From positions 12,758 through 76,757 of the forward strand of contig JBEHWX010000005.1 of NCBI GenBank assembly GCA_048498995.1: a DNA stretch of 64,000 bases, written 5' to 3'. Positions 50,001-60,965 of this stretch are shown here, piece by piece. The translations under genes and the position numbers were made by a program. The notes below the pieces were generated by a model. It was not told where the DNA came from. It made no database searches and worked only from the letters and a program-made list of their open reading frames with translations. The first letter of the stretch is position 1, and every line of letters starts with the position of its first letter. This DNA comes from Bacteroidota bacterium (GTDB taxonomy: Bacteria; Bacteroidota; Ignavibacteria; OLB7).

Positions 50001-51410
50001 ATGCACATCCATTTCATCGGAATCTGCGGAACAGCCATGGGCAACGTCGCCCTGATGATGCGGGCCATGGGGCACCACGTCACCGGCAGCGACGAGAACG
50101 TGTATCCGCCGATGAGCGATCTGCTGGCCGACGCGGGGGTCTCGATCATGACCGGCTTCGGCCCCGACAATCTGGAGCCGGCACCGGATCTGGTGGTGAT
50201 CGGCAACCGGATGTCGCGCGGCAATTCCGAGGTGGAGGCCACGCTCGACCGGAAGCTCCGCTACACCTCCCTGCCGGAGCTGCTGAAGAGCACGCTGATC
50301 CAGGGGCGCACCTCGATCACGATGACCGGCACGCACGGCAAAACCACAACCTCGGCGCTGATGGCCTGGGTGCTGGAGCACGCCGGCCGGCCGGCAAGCT
50401 TCATGATCGGCGGCGTGCCGGGGAACTTCGGCGCCGGCTGGCAGTATCGCGCCCAGAGCGATCTGGTGGTGCTCGAGGGGGACGAGTACGACACCGCCTT
50501 CTTCGACAAGCGCTCCAAGTTCCTCCATTACCTGCCGACGGCGCTGCTCATCAACAACATCGAGTTCGATCACGCCGACATCTTCGGGTCGCTCGAGGAG
50601 ATCCAGCTCGCCTTCCGCCGCCTGGTCAACATCGTCCCCGGCAACGGGATCATCGTGGCCAACGGGGACGATCCGAACGTGGCGGCCGTGACCGCGCACG
50701 CGTTCACGCCGGTGGAGACCTTCGGCCTGTCGGAGGGATGCCGCTGGCGCGCCGCGGCGATCGACTACGGCGTCTCCTCCACCAGCTTCGACGTCCTCCG
50801 CGACGGCGCGGTCGAGACACGGGTCACGATCCCGCTGCTCGGCGAGTTCAACGTGCGGAACGCGCTCGGCGTGCTGGCGATTGCACGTTGGCTGGGAGTT
50901 CCGTATGATGCGATCGCCGGTGGACTGGCGAGCTTCAAAAACGTGAAGCGCCGTTTAGAGCTGAAAGGAGAGTGGAGCGGCGTCAAGGTCTATGACGATT
51001 TCGCCCACCATCCCACCGCCATCCGCGAGACGTTGAAGGCACTCCGCCTCCGACATCCCTCCGAGCGCCTCTGGGCGATCTTCGAGCCGAGAAGCAACAC
51101 GACGCGACGCAAGGTGTTCCAGCGGGAGCTGGCCGATGCCTTCTCCGAGGCCGATATCGTCGCCGTCTCCCAGGTCGACAGACTCGAACAGCTTTCCCCG
51201 GCCGAGCGCCTCGATCCCGAGCAGCTGATCGCCGACATCGAGGCGCACGACATCGAGGCGCATTACCTGCCGGACGCCGCCTCGATCGCCGAGTATGTCG
51301 GCGCGCATGCCCGAGCCGGGGACGTGGTCGCGGTGATGTCCAACGGCGGCTTCGGCGGCATTCATGCCCGACTGGCCGAGCGACTCGCCCATCGGAGCGC
51401 CACGGTCTGA
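50001..51410 (+). CDS. mpl: UDP-N-acetylmuramate:L-alanyl-gamma-D-glutamyl-meso-DAP ligase (murein peptide ligase)
   Basis: The ATG at 50001 gives MHIHFIGICGTAMGNVA. Other motifs: ITMTGTHGKTTTSAL, EGDEYDTAFFDKRSKF, NIEFDHADIF. Confidence 0.88.
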   Translation: MHIHFIGICGTAMGNVALMMRAMGHHVTGSDENVYPPMSDLLADAGVSIMTGFGPDNLEPAPDLVVIGNRMSRGNSEVEATLDRKLRYTSLPELLKSTLIQGRTSITMTGTHGKTTTSALMAWVLEHAGRPASFMIGGVPGNFGAGWQYRAQSDLVVLEGDEYDTAFFDKRSKFLHYLPTALLINNIEFDHADIFGSLEEIQLAFRRLVNIVPGNGIIVANGDDPNVAAVTAHAFTPVETFGLSEGCRWRAAAIDYGVSSTSFDVLRDGAVETRVTIPLLGEFNVRNALGVLAIARWLGVPYDAIAGGLASFKNVKRRLELKGEWSGVKVYDDFAHHPTAIRETLKALRLRHPSERLWAIFEPRSNTTRRKVFQRELADAFSEADIVAVSQVDRLEQLSPAERLDPEQLIADIEAHDIEAHYLPDAASIAEYVGAHARAGDVVAVMSNGGFGGIHARLAERLAHRSATV

Positions 51411-51569
51411 GCGCCGCATTCTTGGCCTGGGATTTTCGTTGACAGTATCCGGTGATGACCGGCCCGGAGCATCCGGGACCCGCGGCGAGCCGGCCGTGCC
51501 CGACCGGCAGCCTCCCCGCGCGGCGGATCAGACACCGCCCGGCGATCACACACATTCCGGACGTCGATC

Positions 51570-53342
51570 GTGTCTACCTCATCAACCATAGTGCCGTCGG
51601 CCGAGCGTGTGCTCGATGGTATCCCCGCGTCGCCGGGAATCGCCATCGCGCGGGCATGCGTGCTGGCGCCGGAGTTCGAGGGGGAGCTCGACGACCGGAA
51701 GCTGGACGACAACGAGGTGGCCTCCGAGCTCGACCGCTTCAACGCGGCGGTGCAGGAGACCGACAAGCTGCTGGCGCAGATCGAATCGATCGCGCGCGAG
51801 GAGGTGCAGGAGCGCGCCGAGATCTTCGAGGCGATGCGGATGATGCTCTCCGACCCGGCGCTCGCCGGCGCCATCACCGGCCATATCGTCAACCTCCGCT
51901 CCACCGCGCACGCGGCGATCGTGGCCGAGCTGAGCCACCTTGCCGGCTATTTCCTCCGCTCGAACGACGAGACGATGCGCTCGCGCGCCGAGGATATCCG
52001 CGCCCTTCAATCCCATCTCCTCTCCTTCATCCTGAACAGCCCCACGCAGCGCTGCCTCGGCAGCGATCAGGTGGTGGTGGTGCCGAGCCTGGCCCCGGGG
52101 GACGCGGTGATCTACGCCCGGACCGGCGTCGGCGCGTTCGTGCTGGAGTCCGGCGGCATCAACTCGCACGCGGCCATCCTGGCGCGCGCCTTCGGCATCC
52201 CGATGGTCGCCGGCATCCGCGGCGTGGCCCGCCTGGTGCGCCAGGAGGAGATGATCATCGTCGACGGCTACGTCGGACGGATCGTGATCTCCCCCTCGCC
52301 GGAGACGGTGGAGCACTATCGGGAGCGGAAAGAGGCGCTGGAGCTGCAGCGGCACCGGATACGGGAGGTCAAGAGCCTGCCGGCCGAGACGAAGGATGGC
52401 ACCCGGGTGACGCTCGGAGCCAATCTCGACATGCTCGACGAGATCGAGGGGGCGCTCGAGAACGGCGCCGACACGGTGGGGCTGATGCGGACGGAGTATC
52501 TGGTGATGGGGCGCGACAGCAACGTCAGCATGGAGGAGCAGCTCCATTACTACCGCCAGGCGGCCGAGCGCGCCTACCCGCTGACGGTCACGCTCCGCGC
52601 CTTCGATATCGGCAGCGAGAAGCTTTCGGGGGAATCGTGGGGAGCCACCCATTCGCCGCTCGGCCTGCGCGGAACGCGGCTCCTCCTGGCGCGCCGCGAC
52701 ATCTTCCGCCGCCAGCTCGAGGCGATCCTCCGCGCCTCGTCGATGAAGAATCTCCAGCTCATGCTCCCGATGGTCACCTCGGCGCAGGAGATGCGGCAGG
52801 TGCAGGCGCTGCTCAACGACGTGCGAGCCTCGCTCCGGGAGCGGAACATCCCGTTCGACGAGCAGATGCCGGTCGGCGCGATGATCGAGACCCCGGCCTC
52901 GGCGCTGATCGCCGACGTGCTCGCCGCCGAGTGCGACTTCCTCTCCCTCGGCACCAACGATCTGGCCCAGTACACCCTCGCCGTCGACCGCGAGGACGAC
53001 GCGATGGTGGAGCATTACGACGAGTTCCACCCGGCGGTACTGAAGCTGATCCACCTTTCGGTGGAGGCCGCGCATCGCGGCGGCATCCCGATCACGATCT
53101 GCGGCGAGATGGCGGCCAATCCGCTGGCCACCTCCCTGCTGATCGGACTCGGCCTCCGGCGCTTCTCCGTCCCGCCGCTCGAGCTCGGCCCGCTGAAGCT
53201 CCGCGTCCGCTCGATCGACGGAAAGGAAGCGGCCCTGCACGCGCAGGCGGTGCTTCGCATGGCCACCGCCCACGACGTGAGGGCCTATCTCGAGGAGAGC
53301 TTCGACGTCGACGCCCGCGGCGCCGGAATCCACATCGAGTGA
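51570..53342 (+). CDS. ptsI: Phosphoenolpyruvate-protein phosphotransferase (PTS enzyme I)
   Basis: GIPASPGIAIA, GGINSHAAILARAFGIPMV (phospho-His loop), GLMRTEYL, MIETPASAL, LSLGTNDLAQYTLAVDR. GTG start. Confidence 0.9.
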   Translation: MSTSSTIVPSAERVLDGIPASPGIAIARACVLAPEFEGELDDRKLDDNEVASELDRFNAAVQETDKLLAQIESIAREEVQERAEIFEAMRMMLSDPALAGAITGHIVNLRSTAHAAIVAELSHLAGYFLRSNDETMRSRAEDIRALQSHLLSFILNSPTQRCLGSDQVVVVPSLAPGDAVIYARTGVGAFVLESGGINSHAAILARAFGIPMVAGIRGVARLVRQEEMIIVDGYVGRIVISPSPETVEHYRERKEALELQRHRIREVKSLPAETKDGTRVTLGANLDMLDEIEGALENGADTVGLMRTEYLVMGRDSNVSMEEQLHYYRQAAERAYPLTVTLRAFDIGSEKLSGESWGATHSPLGLRGTRLLLARRDIFRRQLEAILRASSMKNLQLMLPMVTSAQEMRQVQALLNDVRASLRERNIPFDEQMPVGAMIETPASALIADVLAAECDFLSLGTNDLAQYTLAVDREDDAMVEHYDEFHPAVLKLIHLSVEAAHRGGIPITICGEMAANPLATSLLIGLGLRRFSVPPLELGPLKLRVRSIDGKEAALHAQAVLRMATAHDVRAYLEESFDVDARGAGIHIE

Positions 53343-53661
53343 TCCGTCACGGATCTTCCGCCTTCCACGCCCCCTTCACGTACTCCGTTCCCGCGACATT
53401 CACGACCGCGCCTCGGTACCCGCGCCTCGATGGGCGCGCGTCTTCGGCATGCGCCATCGAGGCCGCCGTGCGGGCGGCCACGGGGGGCCGCCCCTCCGGA
53501 GCATTCGTATCACACACCGTGCGTCGAAGAGCCGCCATGAGCCCCCGCCCGCGCGGTTGTCGATGCCGCGCCACGCGCCCGGCCGCCACGCGCGTTCCGT
53601 CTCATTCGAACGAGCTCGTCACCCCTCTCGCATCCCCCGCTTCACGCCATCGCGACGCATC

Positions 53662-54930
53662 TCACGACCTGAGCCAACGGAACACTTCCGCCGTGGTCGG
53701 ACGCTTGCCGTAGAGAAGGATCGCCGTGCGGAAGATCCGCCCGGAGGCCCAGACGACGGCGATCGTGGCCAGGATCATCACGCCGATCGATCCGATCAGC
53801 TCGATCGGACTCGGCATCTTCGTCACGACCCTCAGAATCATCAGCGAGGGTGTCACCAGCGGTATGTAGCTGAGCACCTTCACGTAGGTCGCGTTCGGGT
53901 TCTGCATGATCGCGAAGGAGAACGCCAGCGGCATCACCAGGAAGATCACCAGGTACGACGTCACCACCTGCGCCTCCTGCTCGGTGGTCACCAGCGAGCC
54001 GATGCCGATGAAGAGCGCCGAGTAGAAGATGTAGCCGAGGATCACGTACACGAGCATCAGCGGCAGCGTGGCAAGCATCGAGCCGAGCATCGAGCCCATC
54101 TGCGGCGATATACTGAAGTAGAGCGCCGCTATCACGCCGAGGAGCACCCAGGTGAGGAGCTGCGTCACGCCGAGTCCGCTCAGGCCGAGCAGCTTTCCCC
54201 ACATCATCTCCTGCGAGGTGGCGCTGCTGGTCAGCAGCTCCATGATCCGGTTGGATTTCTCCTCCACCAGGCTTCGCACCAGCGAGCCTCCGGTGGTCAG
54301 GATCAGAATCATGAGCAGGAAGTTGATCACGTAGGCGGAGATGAAGGTCTCGCCGAAGCCGACGGAGGCTCCCTTCCCCTGCTCGGTCACCTTCACGGTG
54401 GCGATGTCGATCGGGGCGCGAAGACGATTGTAGACCGCCGTGTCGATGCCGGCCGCGGCCAGGCGCTCGTCGGTGGTGATCCGCTCGATGGCGTCCTCGA
54501 AGCGCTGCAGCAGCCGCACGTTGCCGATGTTCAGGCTCCGGTAGCTCGCCACGCGATGCCCCGAGGAGTCGCGCACCACGATCGTTCCCTCCACCTTTCC
54601 GGCCAGCACGTCGCGATCGGCCGCGGCGATGGCCGAGTCGAGCGCCATGCCGGGGCGGTTGTAGGCGACCAGATGATAGGCCGGCTGGCCGTTCTCCAGC
54701 GTATCGGTGGTCCGCAGCCGCGCGTCGAGCGCCGGGGTGATGCCGCCGGCTCCGTCGACCACCGCGATCGTCTGGCTGCTCCCCAGATCCTTGTCGGCCA
54801 GCAGCGCCGGGACGACGCTGAAGAGCACCATCATCAGCGGGGTGAGCAGCAGCGAGAGAATGAAGCCCTTGGAGCGGACTTTCTGCAAGTACTCCCAGCG
54901 GGCGATCTCGAATACCCGGCTCCAGTTCAT
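53662..54930 (-). CDS. ABC-2 type transporter permease (NatB-like)
   Basis: An N-terminal TM segment, then a large extracytoplasmic loop, then five or more C-terminal TM segments. ATGA overlap with the upstream ATPase gene. Confidence 0.8.
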   Translation of the reverse strand: MNWSRVFEIARWEYLQKVRSKGFILSLLLTPLMMVLFSVVPALLADKDLGSSQTIAVVDGAGGITPALDARLRTTDTLENGQPAYHLVAYNRPGMALDSAIAAADRDVLAGKVEGTIVVRDSSGHRVASYRSLNIGNVRLLQRFEDAIERITTDERLAAAGIDTAVYNRLRAPIDIATVKVTEQGKGASVGFGETFISAYVINFLLMILILTTGGSLVRSLVEEKSNRIMELLTSSATSQEMMWGKLLGLSGLGVTQLLTWVLLGVIAALYFSISPQMGSMLGSMLATLPLMLVYVILGYIFYSALFIGIGSLVTTEQEAQVVTSYLVIFLVMPLAFSFAIMQNPNATYVKVLSYIPLVTPSLMILRVVTKMPSPIELIGSIGVMILATIAVVWASGRIFRTAILLYGKRPTTAEVFRWLRS

Positions 54931-55877
54931 CGCGCACCTCCGATAGTCTGCTGCATGGAATGTCCACCCATCGCTCCCGTGTCGGTGTCGCCGCGTCCCA
55001 CCGTCTCGATGAAGATCCGGTTCAGGGAGGGGCGCACCCGCTCGATCAGCGACACGCGGAGGCGGTTACCGATATGCGGGAGGATGTCGTTGATGGTGGC
55101 GCCGGAACGCATCGCCAGCTCCGCGTAGTTCTGGTAGATGTCGGCGCCGAGCACCGGCGGAAGGCCGGCCAGGAACCCGCCGTCGCCGTCGAACTCGATC
55201 CTGACGATGTTGCCGGCATGATTCTCCCGCACTTCATCGACCGTGCCGTCGAGCACCACTTCCCCTTTGTTGATCAGGGCGATCCGGTTGCAGAGCCGCT
55301 CGGCCAGCTCCATCTGATGGGTGGAGTAGAGAATGGTCCGCTCCTCGCCGCGGAGCTCGATGACGATGTCGCGCAGCAGCTCCTGATTCACCGGGTCGAG
55401 GCCGGAGGCCGGCTCGTCCAGGATGATGTACTGCGGCTCGTGGATCAGGGAGATGATGATCTGCACCTTCTGCTGATTTCCCTTCGAGAGCTCCTCGACG
55501 CGGCGCTTGCCGCTGCCGGCCAGATCGAAGCGGCGGAGCCACTCCTCGGCGCGGCGGGTGGCCTCCCGCTCATCGAGTCCGCGGAGGCGGGCGAAGTGCA
55601 CGATCGTCTCCTGAATGCGTGCCTTCTGATAGAGTCCGCGCTCCTCGGCCAGATAGCCGATCGAGCTCCTCACCTCGTCGCTGAACGGGCGGCCGTCGTA
55701 GGTGACATTGCCGCTGTCCGGCTCGATGATCCGGGTGATCATGCGGATCGTCGTCGACTTTCCAGCGCCGTTGGGCCCGAGAAGTCCGAAGATCTCCCCA
55801 CGCCTGGCCACGAGCGAGACGCCCTTGACGGCGTGCACGTTCGCGTAGCGCTTCTGAAGCTGTTCGGCTGTGATCAT
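54927..55877 (-). CDS. ABC transporter ATP-binding protein (NatA-like)
   Basis: Walker A GPNGAGKST, signature LSKGNQQKV, Walker B IILDEPASGLD. Confidence 0.9.
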   Translation of the reverse strand: MITAEQLQKRYANVHAVKGVSLVARRGEIFGLLGPNGAGKSTTIRMITRIIEPDSGNVTYDGRPFSDEVRSSIGYLAEERGLYQKARIQETIVHFARLRGLDEREATRRAEEWLRRFDLAGSGKRRVEELSKGNQQKVQIIISLIHEPQYIILDEPASGLDPVNQELLRDIVIELRGEERTILYSTHQMELAERLCNRIALINKGEVVLDGTVDEVRENHAGNIVRIEFDGDGGFLAGLPPVLGADIYQNYAELAMRSGATINDILPHIGNRLRVSLIERVRPSLNRIFIETVGRGDTDTGAMGGHSMQQTIGGAR

Positions 55878-56106
55878 TGTGTGCGTGTTCCGATGGAATA
55901 TTCCCGCCTCGATGCGGTCCGTATGTCGGTTCGGCCGGGGTGCTACGCCGGTAAAGGTAGAAGGTTACGATCTGTCAACAATGCCGCCCCGGGCGGAGCC
56001 GGCGCAAACCGGATGCTAACATTTGCTTCCGGCCCGACGTTTCTCCAACGAGGCGAGCGACGCTCCCCTCGATGATCTCATGATTGCACGGTTGGAGAGA
56101 TGCACC

Positions 56107-56400
56107 ATGTCAGAGAACGTTTTGAACAGGCTCGATATCCCCTCGCTGGAGGATGAGCCCCGCCGCCCCTGGAGATTCGACTGGTCCGCCGTCGGGCCGC
56201 TCGTCTGGGTCCTGTCGATCACCGTCATCATTCTCACATTCGTCCCCGGTGTTGGACTGACCCTTGGTAAATTGCCCGGCGACCTGATGTTCCGCTCGGA
56301 CGATCGGGTCCTCTATTTCCCGCTGATGACCTCCGGACTCATCACGGTCGTGATCGGCGGGATCTTCTACCTGGCATCGAATCATCTGACGCGACGTTGA
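56107..56400 (+). CDS. Small membrane protein, DUF2905-like, 97 aa
   Basis: Two TM segments flank [20 protein letters not shown], the DUF2905 hallmark as I recall it. The start at 56107 is chosen over the track start at 56023. Confidence 0.5.
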   Translation: MSENVLNRLDIPSLEDEPRRPWRFDWSAVGPLVWVLSITVIILTFVPGVGLTLGKLPGDLMFRSDDRVLYFPLMTSGLITVVIGGIFYLASNHLTRR

Positions 56401-57470
56401 CAACCGAAACGACGACCGAACGGTATCCCGAGCTCCTTCTCGACTTTCGCGCCGCGGCCGCGCGAGCGCCCAGGCTGATCGCCCTTCCCGACTCGCACGA
56501 CGAGCGGACGCTCCTGGCGGCGCGGGCCCTCGCCGATCGCGGCATCGCGCGGCCGGTCCTCGTTGGGCCGGCCGACCGGATATCCGACCTGGCCAAGACT
56601 GTCGGGGTCGACCTGACGGGGGTGGCGATCGTGGAGCCGGGAGGCGAAGGCTCCGCCGAGCTCGCCGCGCGCTTCCACGCCATCAGACAGCACAAGGGAA
56701 TGACGCTCGAAGGGGCGGTCGACGCGCTGGCCAATCCCCTCTACACGGCCGCGATGCTCGTGCGCACCGGTCGCTGCGACGGCTGCGTTGCCGGCTCCCT
56801 TTCGACAACCGGCGATGTGCTCCGCGCCGCGATCCAGTGCATCGGCCTGCTGCCGGGAATCTCGACCGTCTCCTCCTTCTTCCTGATCGTGTTCCCGGAC
56901 CGGATCTACGCCTTCGCCGACGGCGCGGTGGTCCCGAACCCGACCAGCGAGCAATTGGCCGATATCGCGCTGGCCACCGCGGCCAACTACCGGACGCTCG
57001 TCGGCCGGGAGCCGAGGGTGGCGTTCCTCTCCTTCAGCACCAAGGGGAGCGCCGAGCATCCCGATGTCGAGAAGGTGCGGCGCGCCCATGAGCTGGCGCG
57101 CGCGCGGAGCGGCGACACGATCGTGATGGATGGCGAGCTCCAGCTCGACGCGGCGATCGTTCCGTCGGTGGCCGCCCGGAAGGCGCCCGGCTCCCCGGTC
57201 GCGGGGGAGGGAAACGTGCTCGTGTTCCCCGATCTCGATGCCGGCAACATCGGCTACAAGATGGCGCAACGGATGGCCGGCGCGCTGGCGATCGGGCCGA
57301 TCGTCCAAGGACTGGCACGCCCGATGTTCGACCTGTCGCGCGGCTGCTCGGTCGACGACATCATCGACGTGGCGGCCATCTGCGCGCTGACCGCGGCGAG
57401 CATGCCCGAAGTCGGCATGCCTGAAGCCGGCATGTCCGAAGCCGGCAGGCCCGCGGCTCCGGAACCATGA
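56397..57470 (+). CDS. pta: Phosphate acetyltransferase (PTA_PTB family, short form)
   Basis: [83 protein letters not shown] start overlapping the upstream stop. Confidence 0.88.
   Translation: MTTETTTERYPELLLDFRAAAARAPRLIALPDSHDERTLLAARALADRGIARPVLVGPADRISDLAKTVGVDLTGVAIVEPGGEGSAELAARFHAIRQHKGMTLEGAVDALANPLYTAAMLVRTGRCDGCVAGSLSTTGDVLRAAIQCIGLLPGISTVSSFFLIVFPDRIYAFADGAVVPNPTSEQLADIALATAANYRTLVGREPRVAFLSFSTKGSAEHPDVEKVRRAHELARARSGDTIVMDGELQLDAAIVPSVAARKAPGSPVAGEGNVLVFPDLDAGNIGYKMAQRMAGALAIGPIVQGLARPMFDLSRGCSVDDIIDVAAICALTAASMPEVGMPEAGMSEAGRPAAPEP
57403..57447 (+). repeat. Imperfect 15-bp x3 tandem repeat at the pta 3' end
   Basis: atgcccgaagtcggc / atgcctgaagccggc / atgtccgaagccggc, encoding [15 protein letters not shown]. 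Confidence 0.9.
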
Positions 57471-58054
57471 CACTCAACGGATCGGGACGATCCACATTCG
57501 AAGCAACCATGGCGAATAGTTTTCTCGATCACGTACGCGGCGGACGCCGCGCGCTCGGCCTGGCGACGGCCGCCCTTGCCTGCTGGCTTCTGCTTCCGGC
57601 CGCCGGAAGCGCGCAGCCCCGCATCCGCCCCTTCGGCTTCGGCGTGATTCTCGGCGAACCGACCGGCATCACCCTGAAGGGGAGCCTCTCCGGCTCCAAC
57701 GCCTGGGATGCCGGGGTGGCCAGCTCCTTCTTCGGCAGCATTCGGCTGCACGGCGACTATCTCTGGAACGTGGACGCGTTCAACTCCTCGAAGGCCGGAC
57801 TCTACTTCGGCATCGGCGGCGTGGTCGGATTCGGACGGGGAAAGGGAGTGCTGGTGAAGGGGGACAAGAACAGCTGGTACTACTACGAGGATGAGAACTC
57901 GACGGCGCTCGGGCTGCGGGTGGCCGCCGGGATCAACGCGCTTCCGTTCACCGCGCCGGTGGAGCTCTTCGCCGAGATCGCGCCGATCGTCGGCCTGGCG
58001 CCGGCCACCGGCCTCGGGTGGGATGGCGCCGTCGGCATCCGCTATTATCCGTAA
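57467..58054 (+). CDS. Small outer-membrane beta-barrel-like protein, 195 aa
   Basis: ATGA overlap with the pta stop. Signal peptide ..[15 protein letters not shown]. Alternating Gly/aromatic strands and a C-terminal ..AVGIRYYP. Confidence 0.6.
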   Translation: MTLNGSGRSTFEATMANSFLDHVRGGRRALGLATAALACWLLLPAAGSAQPRIRPFGFGVILGEPTGITLKGSLSGSNAWDAGVASSFFGSIRLHGDYLWNVDAFNSSKAGLYFGIGGVVGFGRGKGVLVKGDKNSWYYYEDENSTALGLRVAAGINALPFTAPVELFAEIAPIVGLAPATGLGWDGAVGIRYYP

Positions 58055-58168
58055 TTCGCGCCGCGGGCGGGCCGAGTGCGAGCGCGGCGTGACCGGTGCC
58101 TCCGGATCGACTCCCGCGCACCCTGCCATGAAGCCCGATCGCGCCAGGCGCGCGGCATGGCCTGAAAC

Positions 58169-58216
58169 GAGAGAAGCGGACCCTGATCTCATGATCGGGG
58201 TCCGCTTCTCTGTTTT
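58169..58216. terminator. Strong hairpin terminator between convergent genes
   Basis: agagaagcggaccc..gggtccgcttctct forms a 14-bp perfect stem. It extends through an inner gatc/gatc pairing to a tcat loop and is followed by gttttta on the plus strand. It lies 27 nt past the minus-strand stop at 58237. Confidence 0.8.
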
Positions 58217-58236
58217 TATCGGTCGGTAGTTCCGGC

Positions 58237-59178
58237 TCAGGGAGCCAGCGGGGTGCCATCCTCGGTCCGATGCTCGCCCGTGTGGATCGAGTCGGTCGGG
58301 GTGTCGGCATCCGAGCCGTTCTGGTCCGGGGCGCCGGTCGAGATGCTCGGCTGGCTGGAGGCCGGCTCGTTGGCCGCCTCGGCGGTCGTCGTCACGCTCG
58401 CACTGGTATCGCGGCGGACACCGATCGCGACGTGGGCGCTTGCCGGGTCGACCATCTGCGGCGCGGCCGGCGCCAGGTTCACCTTCGCGCTCTTCTCGGC
58501 GCTGGTGACCGGCGGCAGCAGCAGCGAGCGGACCGGAGCGGCCGGCTGCGCGATGACGATCTGCGGCAGGGTGGTCCGGGAGGCCGCCGACTGCGGCGCG
58601 CTCGGCGACATCAGGCTCTGCATGGGAGCGGCCTCGGAGGCATTGCCGCCGATGGAGAGCACCACGCTCCCCTTCGGGGCCGGGGCATTCGAGCGCGCAT
58701 CCTGGCCGGAGACGGCGTGGGAGCCCTGAGCGGACGATCCGCCGGCCGACTGCGCGGCCGCGGCGTTTCCGGAGGCTCCGGCGATGTAGCCGGCCTGCGA
58801 CGGCGTGCCCGATTCCATGGCGGCCCAGCTGCCGAAGCCGATGGCCATGGCAACCAGCAGAAGCCCGGCGCGGAGCCAGAGACGGCCGCCGGCCGCCTCG
58901 GTCGCCAGCACGACCTCGGAGGCCGCCTGGGTTGCAACGCCGCCGTTGATCTGATTGTGCACGGCGATCGACCAGTGGAGCCGGTCATTGAAATCGCCGA
59001 CCGCCGGTACCTTCGGCAGGTTGGTCAGATGGTAGGCCACGTTGAGATTCTCCGCCTCGATCCTCTGCATGAGGTTCTTCTCGAAGCCATCGGCCGCCCC
59101 GACGCTCGGAAGCGACCGGAGGAGATTCTGAACATCGACGTGCTCGTCGCCGTTGCGGGGTCCCTGATGTTGCATCAT
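58237..59178 (-). CDS. Putative anti-sigma factor (single-pass membrane protein), 313 aa
   Basis: ATGA overlap with the upstream ECF sigma gene. One TM segment (LWLRAGLLLVAMAIGFGSWAAM) and a Ser/Ala/Pro-rich extracytoplasmic tail. Confidence 0.6.
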   Translation of the reverse strand: MMQHQGPRNGDEHVDVQNLLRSLPSVGAADGFEKNLMQRIEAENLNVAYHLTNLPKVPAVGDFNDRLHWSIAVHNQINGGVATQAASEVVLATEAAGGRLWLRAGLLLVAMAIGFGSWAAMESGTPSQAGYIAGASGNAAAAQSAGGSSAQGSHAVSGQDARSNAPAPKGSVVLSIGGNASEAAPMQSLMSPSAPQSAASRTTLPQIVIAQPAAPVRSLLLPPVTSAEKSAKVNLAPAAPQMVDPASAHVAIGVRRDTSASVTTTAEAANEPASSQPSISTGAPDQNGSDADTPTDSIHTGEHRTEDGTPLAP

Positions 59179-59801
59179 GTGGTTTGCCTGCCTACGTCTT
59201 CCTGTAGAACATTGCGAAGCAGCTTCTGGAGCTGCGCTCGTCCCCGATTGATTCTCGACTTGACCGTTCCCATCTCAAGCCCCGTGATCTCGGCGATCTC
59301 CTCGTAACTCATGTCCTGAATGTCACGAAGGATCACCACCTCTCGGAACGAGGAGGAGATCTGCATCAACGCTTTCTGTACGATCCGTGCCCGGAAGGTC
59401 GTGTCGACCTGGGCGTCAGGGGCGAGATCGGGATCGAGTACGTCCCACTCCCGTTCACCGTTTCCCTGACCATTGGCAATGCCGCTCATCGAGAAGCAGT
59501 ACTTCCGGCCACCACGCCGGAGCTCGCTCTTCGCGATGTTCGAGGCGATCGTGTACAGCCAGACGGCGAACTTGCCCTCCGACTGGTAATGATGCCGGTG
59601 CTGATAGAGGCGAAGGAACGTATCCTGAACGATATCGTTCGCCTCGTCGAACCCGCCGAGAAACCTGTACACGTAGTTCGTCAGCGGATCCTTGTAGCGC
59701 CGGACGAGGGTCACAAATGCCTCCTCGTCACCCAACTGAAAGCGGGTTATCAGCTCCTCGTCCGTGAGCGCAGTCAAATAATCAGTAGCTGATTGGGGCA
59801 T
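59175..59801 (-). CDS. RNA polymerase sigma-70 family, ECF-type sigma factor
   Basis: Region 2: FVTLVRRYKDPLTNYVYRFL..ANDIVQDTFLRLY..FAVWLYTIASNIA. Region 4: FREVVILRDIQDMSYEEIAEITGLEMGTVKSRINRGRAQL. Confidence 0.9.
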   Translation of the reverse strand: MPQSATDYLTALTDEELITRFQLGDEEAFVTLVRRYKDPLTNYVYRFLGGFDEANDIVQDTFLRLYQHRHHYQSEGKFAVWLYTIASNIAKSELRRGGRKYCFSMSGIANGQGNGEREWDVLDPDLAPDAQVDTTFRARIVQKALMQISSSFREVVILRDIQDMSYEEIAEITGLEMGTVKSRINRGRAQLQKLLRNVLQEDVGRQTT

Positions 59802-60260
59802 CGTCTACCTCTGCTGGGGTAATGGCATCTACTCGGGTTGACCACCACCAAGATAGTGTTTATCGGACAACACACAAGAGAGGTCGCCGCGACCCGAATG
59901 ACATCGGCTCGCCGGACCGGCAGGCGTGCCCCCGGCCATGGCCGGGAGAGATCCCTGAGTGGAGTGAGTGGATGCGCAGGGAGGTCGGCGCCGTCAGCCG
60001 CGCGGCGCCGGAATAACGATACAGACCGGCGAAACGGAAATATGTTTCGCGCGCGGTACCGCATCCCTTCCCCCCTCCTTCCGGACTCCCCGAAAATGCG
60101 AAAATCGCCCCGGCGACCGCATTTTTCCGACGGGAGATTGCCCGCCATGCTGTAGATTCCCCGGCGCCCCGCCCCCGGCACGCGCCGCACGGCACACGCC
60201 GGACATCCCCCCGCCGGGCGGAGGCACATGCCCCGTCATCATCGATCGGGATCGCCAAGC

Positions 60261-60965
60261 ATGAGGACGAGAGTACACCCCTGGAAAAGCGCCACCCGGC
60301 AGGCTGGCGGCATCATCGCCGCCTCGGTCGTCGCCGCGGTCGCCTTCAACCTCACCCCACCGGTGAAAGTTCCCTGGATCCGCGAGCTGCCGAAGATGGA
60401 CACGGCCTCCTACAACGACCTGGTGGCCCCATCCCCGGCGGTCGATACCGCGCAGGCCCCCGCCCCGGCCGCCGTCGACACAGCCCACGCCGGCGTGACC
60501 GACACGGTCCAGACGGTCCCGAAGGACACGCTCGTGGCCTCGAAGTCTCCCACGTCGGATACCGCGGCCCCGGTAAAGAACGGAGCAGGCGCCTCCGGCG
60601 TCACGTCGCCGGCCGCGCCGAGCTCCCCCTCGGCGGCCAAGGGAGTCGGGACCGACGTCGCCCTTCAGCTCTTCAAGGGGAAGAAGGCGCTCTTCATCGA
60701 TGCCCGTCCGGCCGAGCAGTTCGCCCAGGGACATATCCCCGGCGCGATCAACATCTACGCCGAGGGCTTCGAGCCGCATATCCCCGAGTTGCTCCAGTAT
60801 CCGATGGATACGCTGATCGTCGCCTACTGCGGCGGCGGACTCTGCGAGCTGAGCCACGATCTGGCCAATCAGCTTCTGAAGCTCGGATTCAAACGGGTGG
60901 TGGTCTACACCGGTGGAACCACCGAGTGGACCGAGCGGAAACTGCCGTTCACGGGAGGTGAATGA
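60261..60965 (+). CDS. Membrane-anchored rhodanese-domain protein
   Basis: The ATG at 60261 is preferred. One TM segment (IIAASVVAAVAFNL), an Ala/Pro/Thr linker, then a rhodanese domain: LFIDARPAEQFAQGHIPGAINI..LIVAYCGGGLCELSHDLA. Confidence 0.75.
   Translation: MRTRVHPWKSATRQAGGIIAASVVAAVAFNLTPPVKVPWIRELPKMDTASYNDLVAPSPAVDTAQAPAPAAVDTAHAGVTDTVQTVPKDTLVASKSPTSDTAAPVKNGAGASGVTSPAAPSSPSAAKGVGTDVALQLFKGKKALFIDARPAEQFAQGHIPGAINIYAEGFEPHIPELLQYPMDTLIVAYCGGGLCELSHDLANQLLKLGFKRVVVYTGGTTEWTERKLPFTGGE

Noticed and set aside
53449-55128. 559-aa plus-strand ORF, and the 441-aa minus-strand alternate frame, over the ABC-2 permease gene
   Set aside because: The translations are Arg/His/Gly-rich with no TM pattern. 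The accepted frame gives a canonical multi-TM ABC-2 permease coupled (ATGA) to its ATPase.
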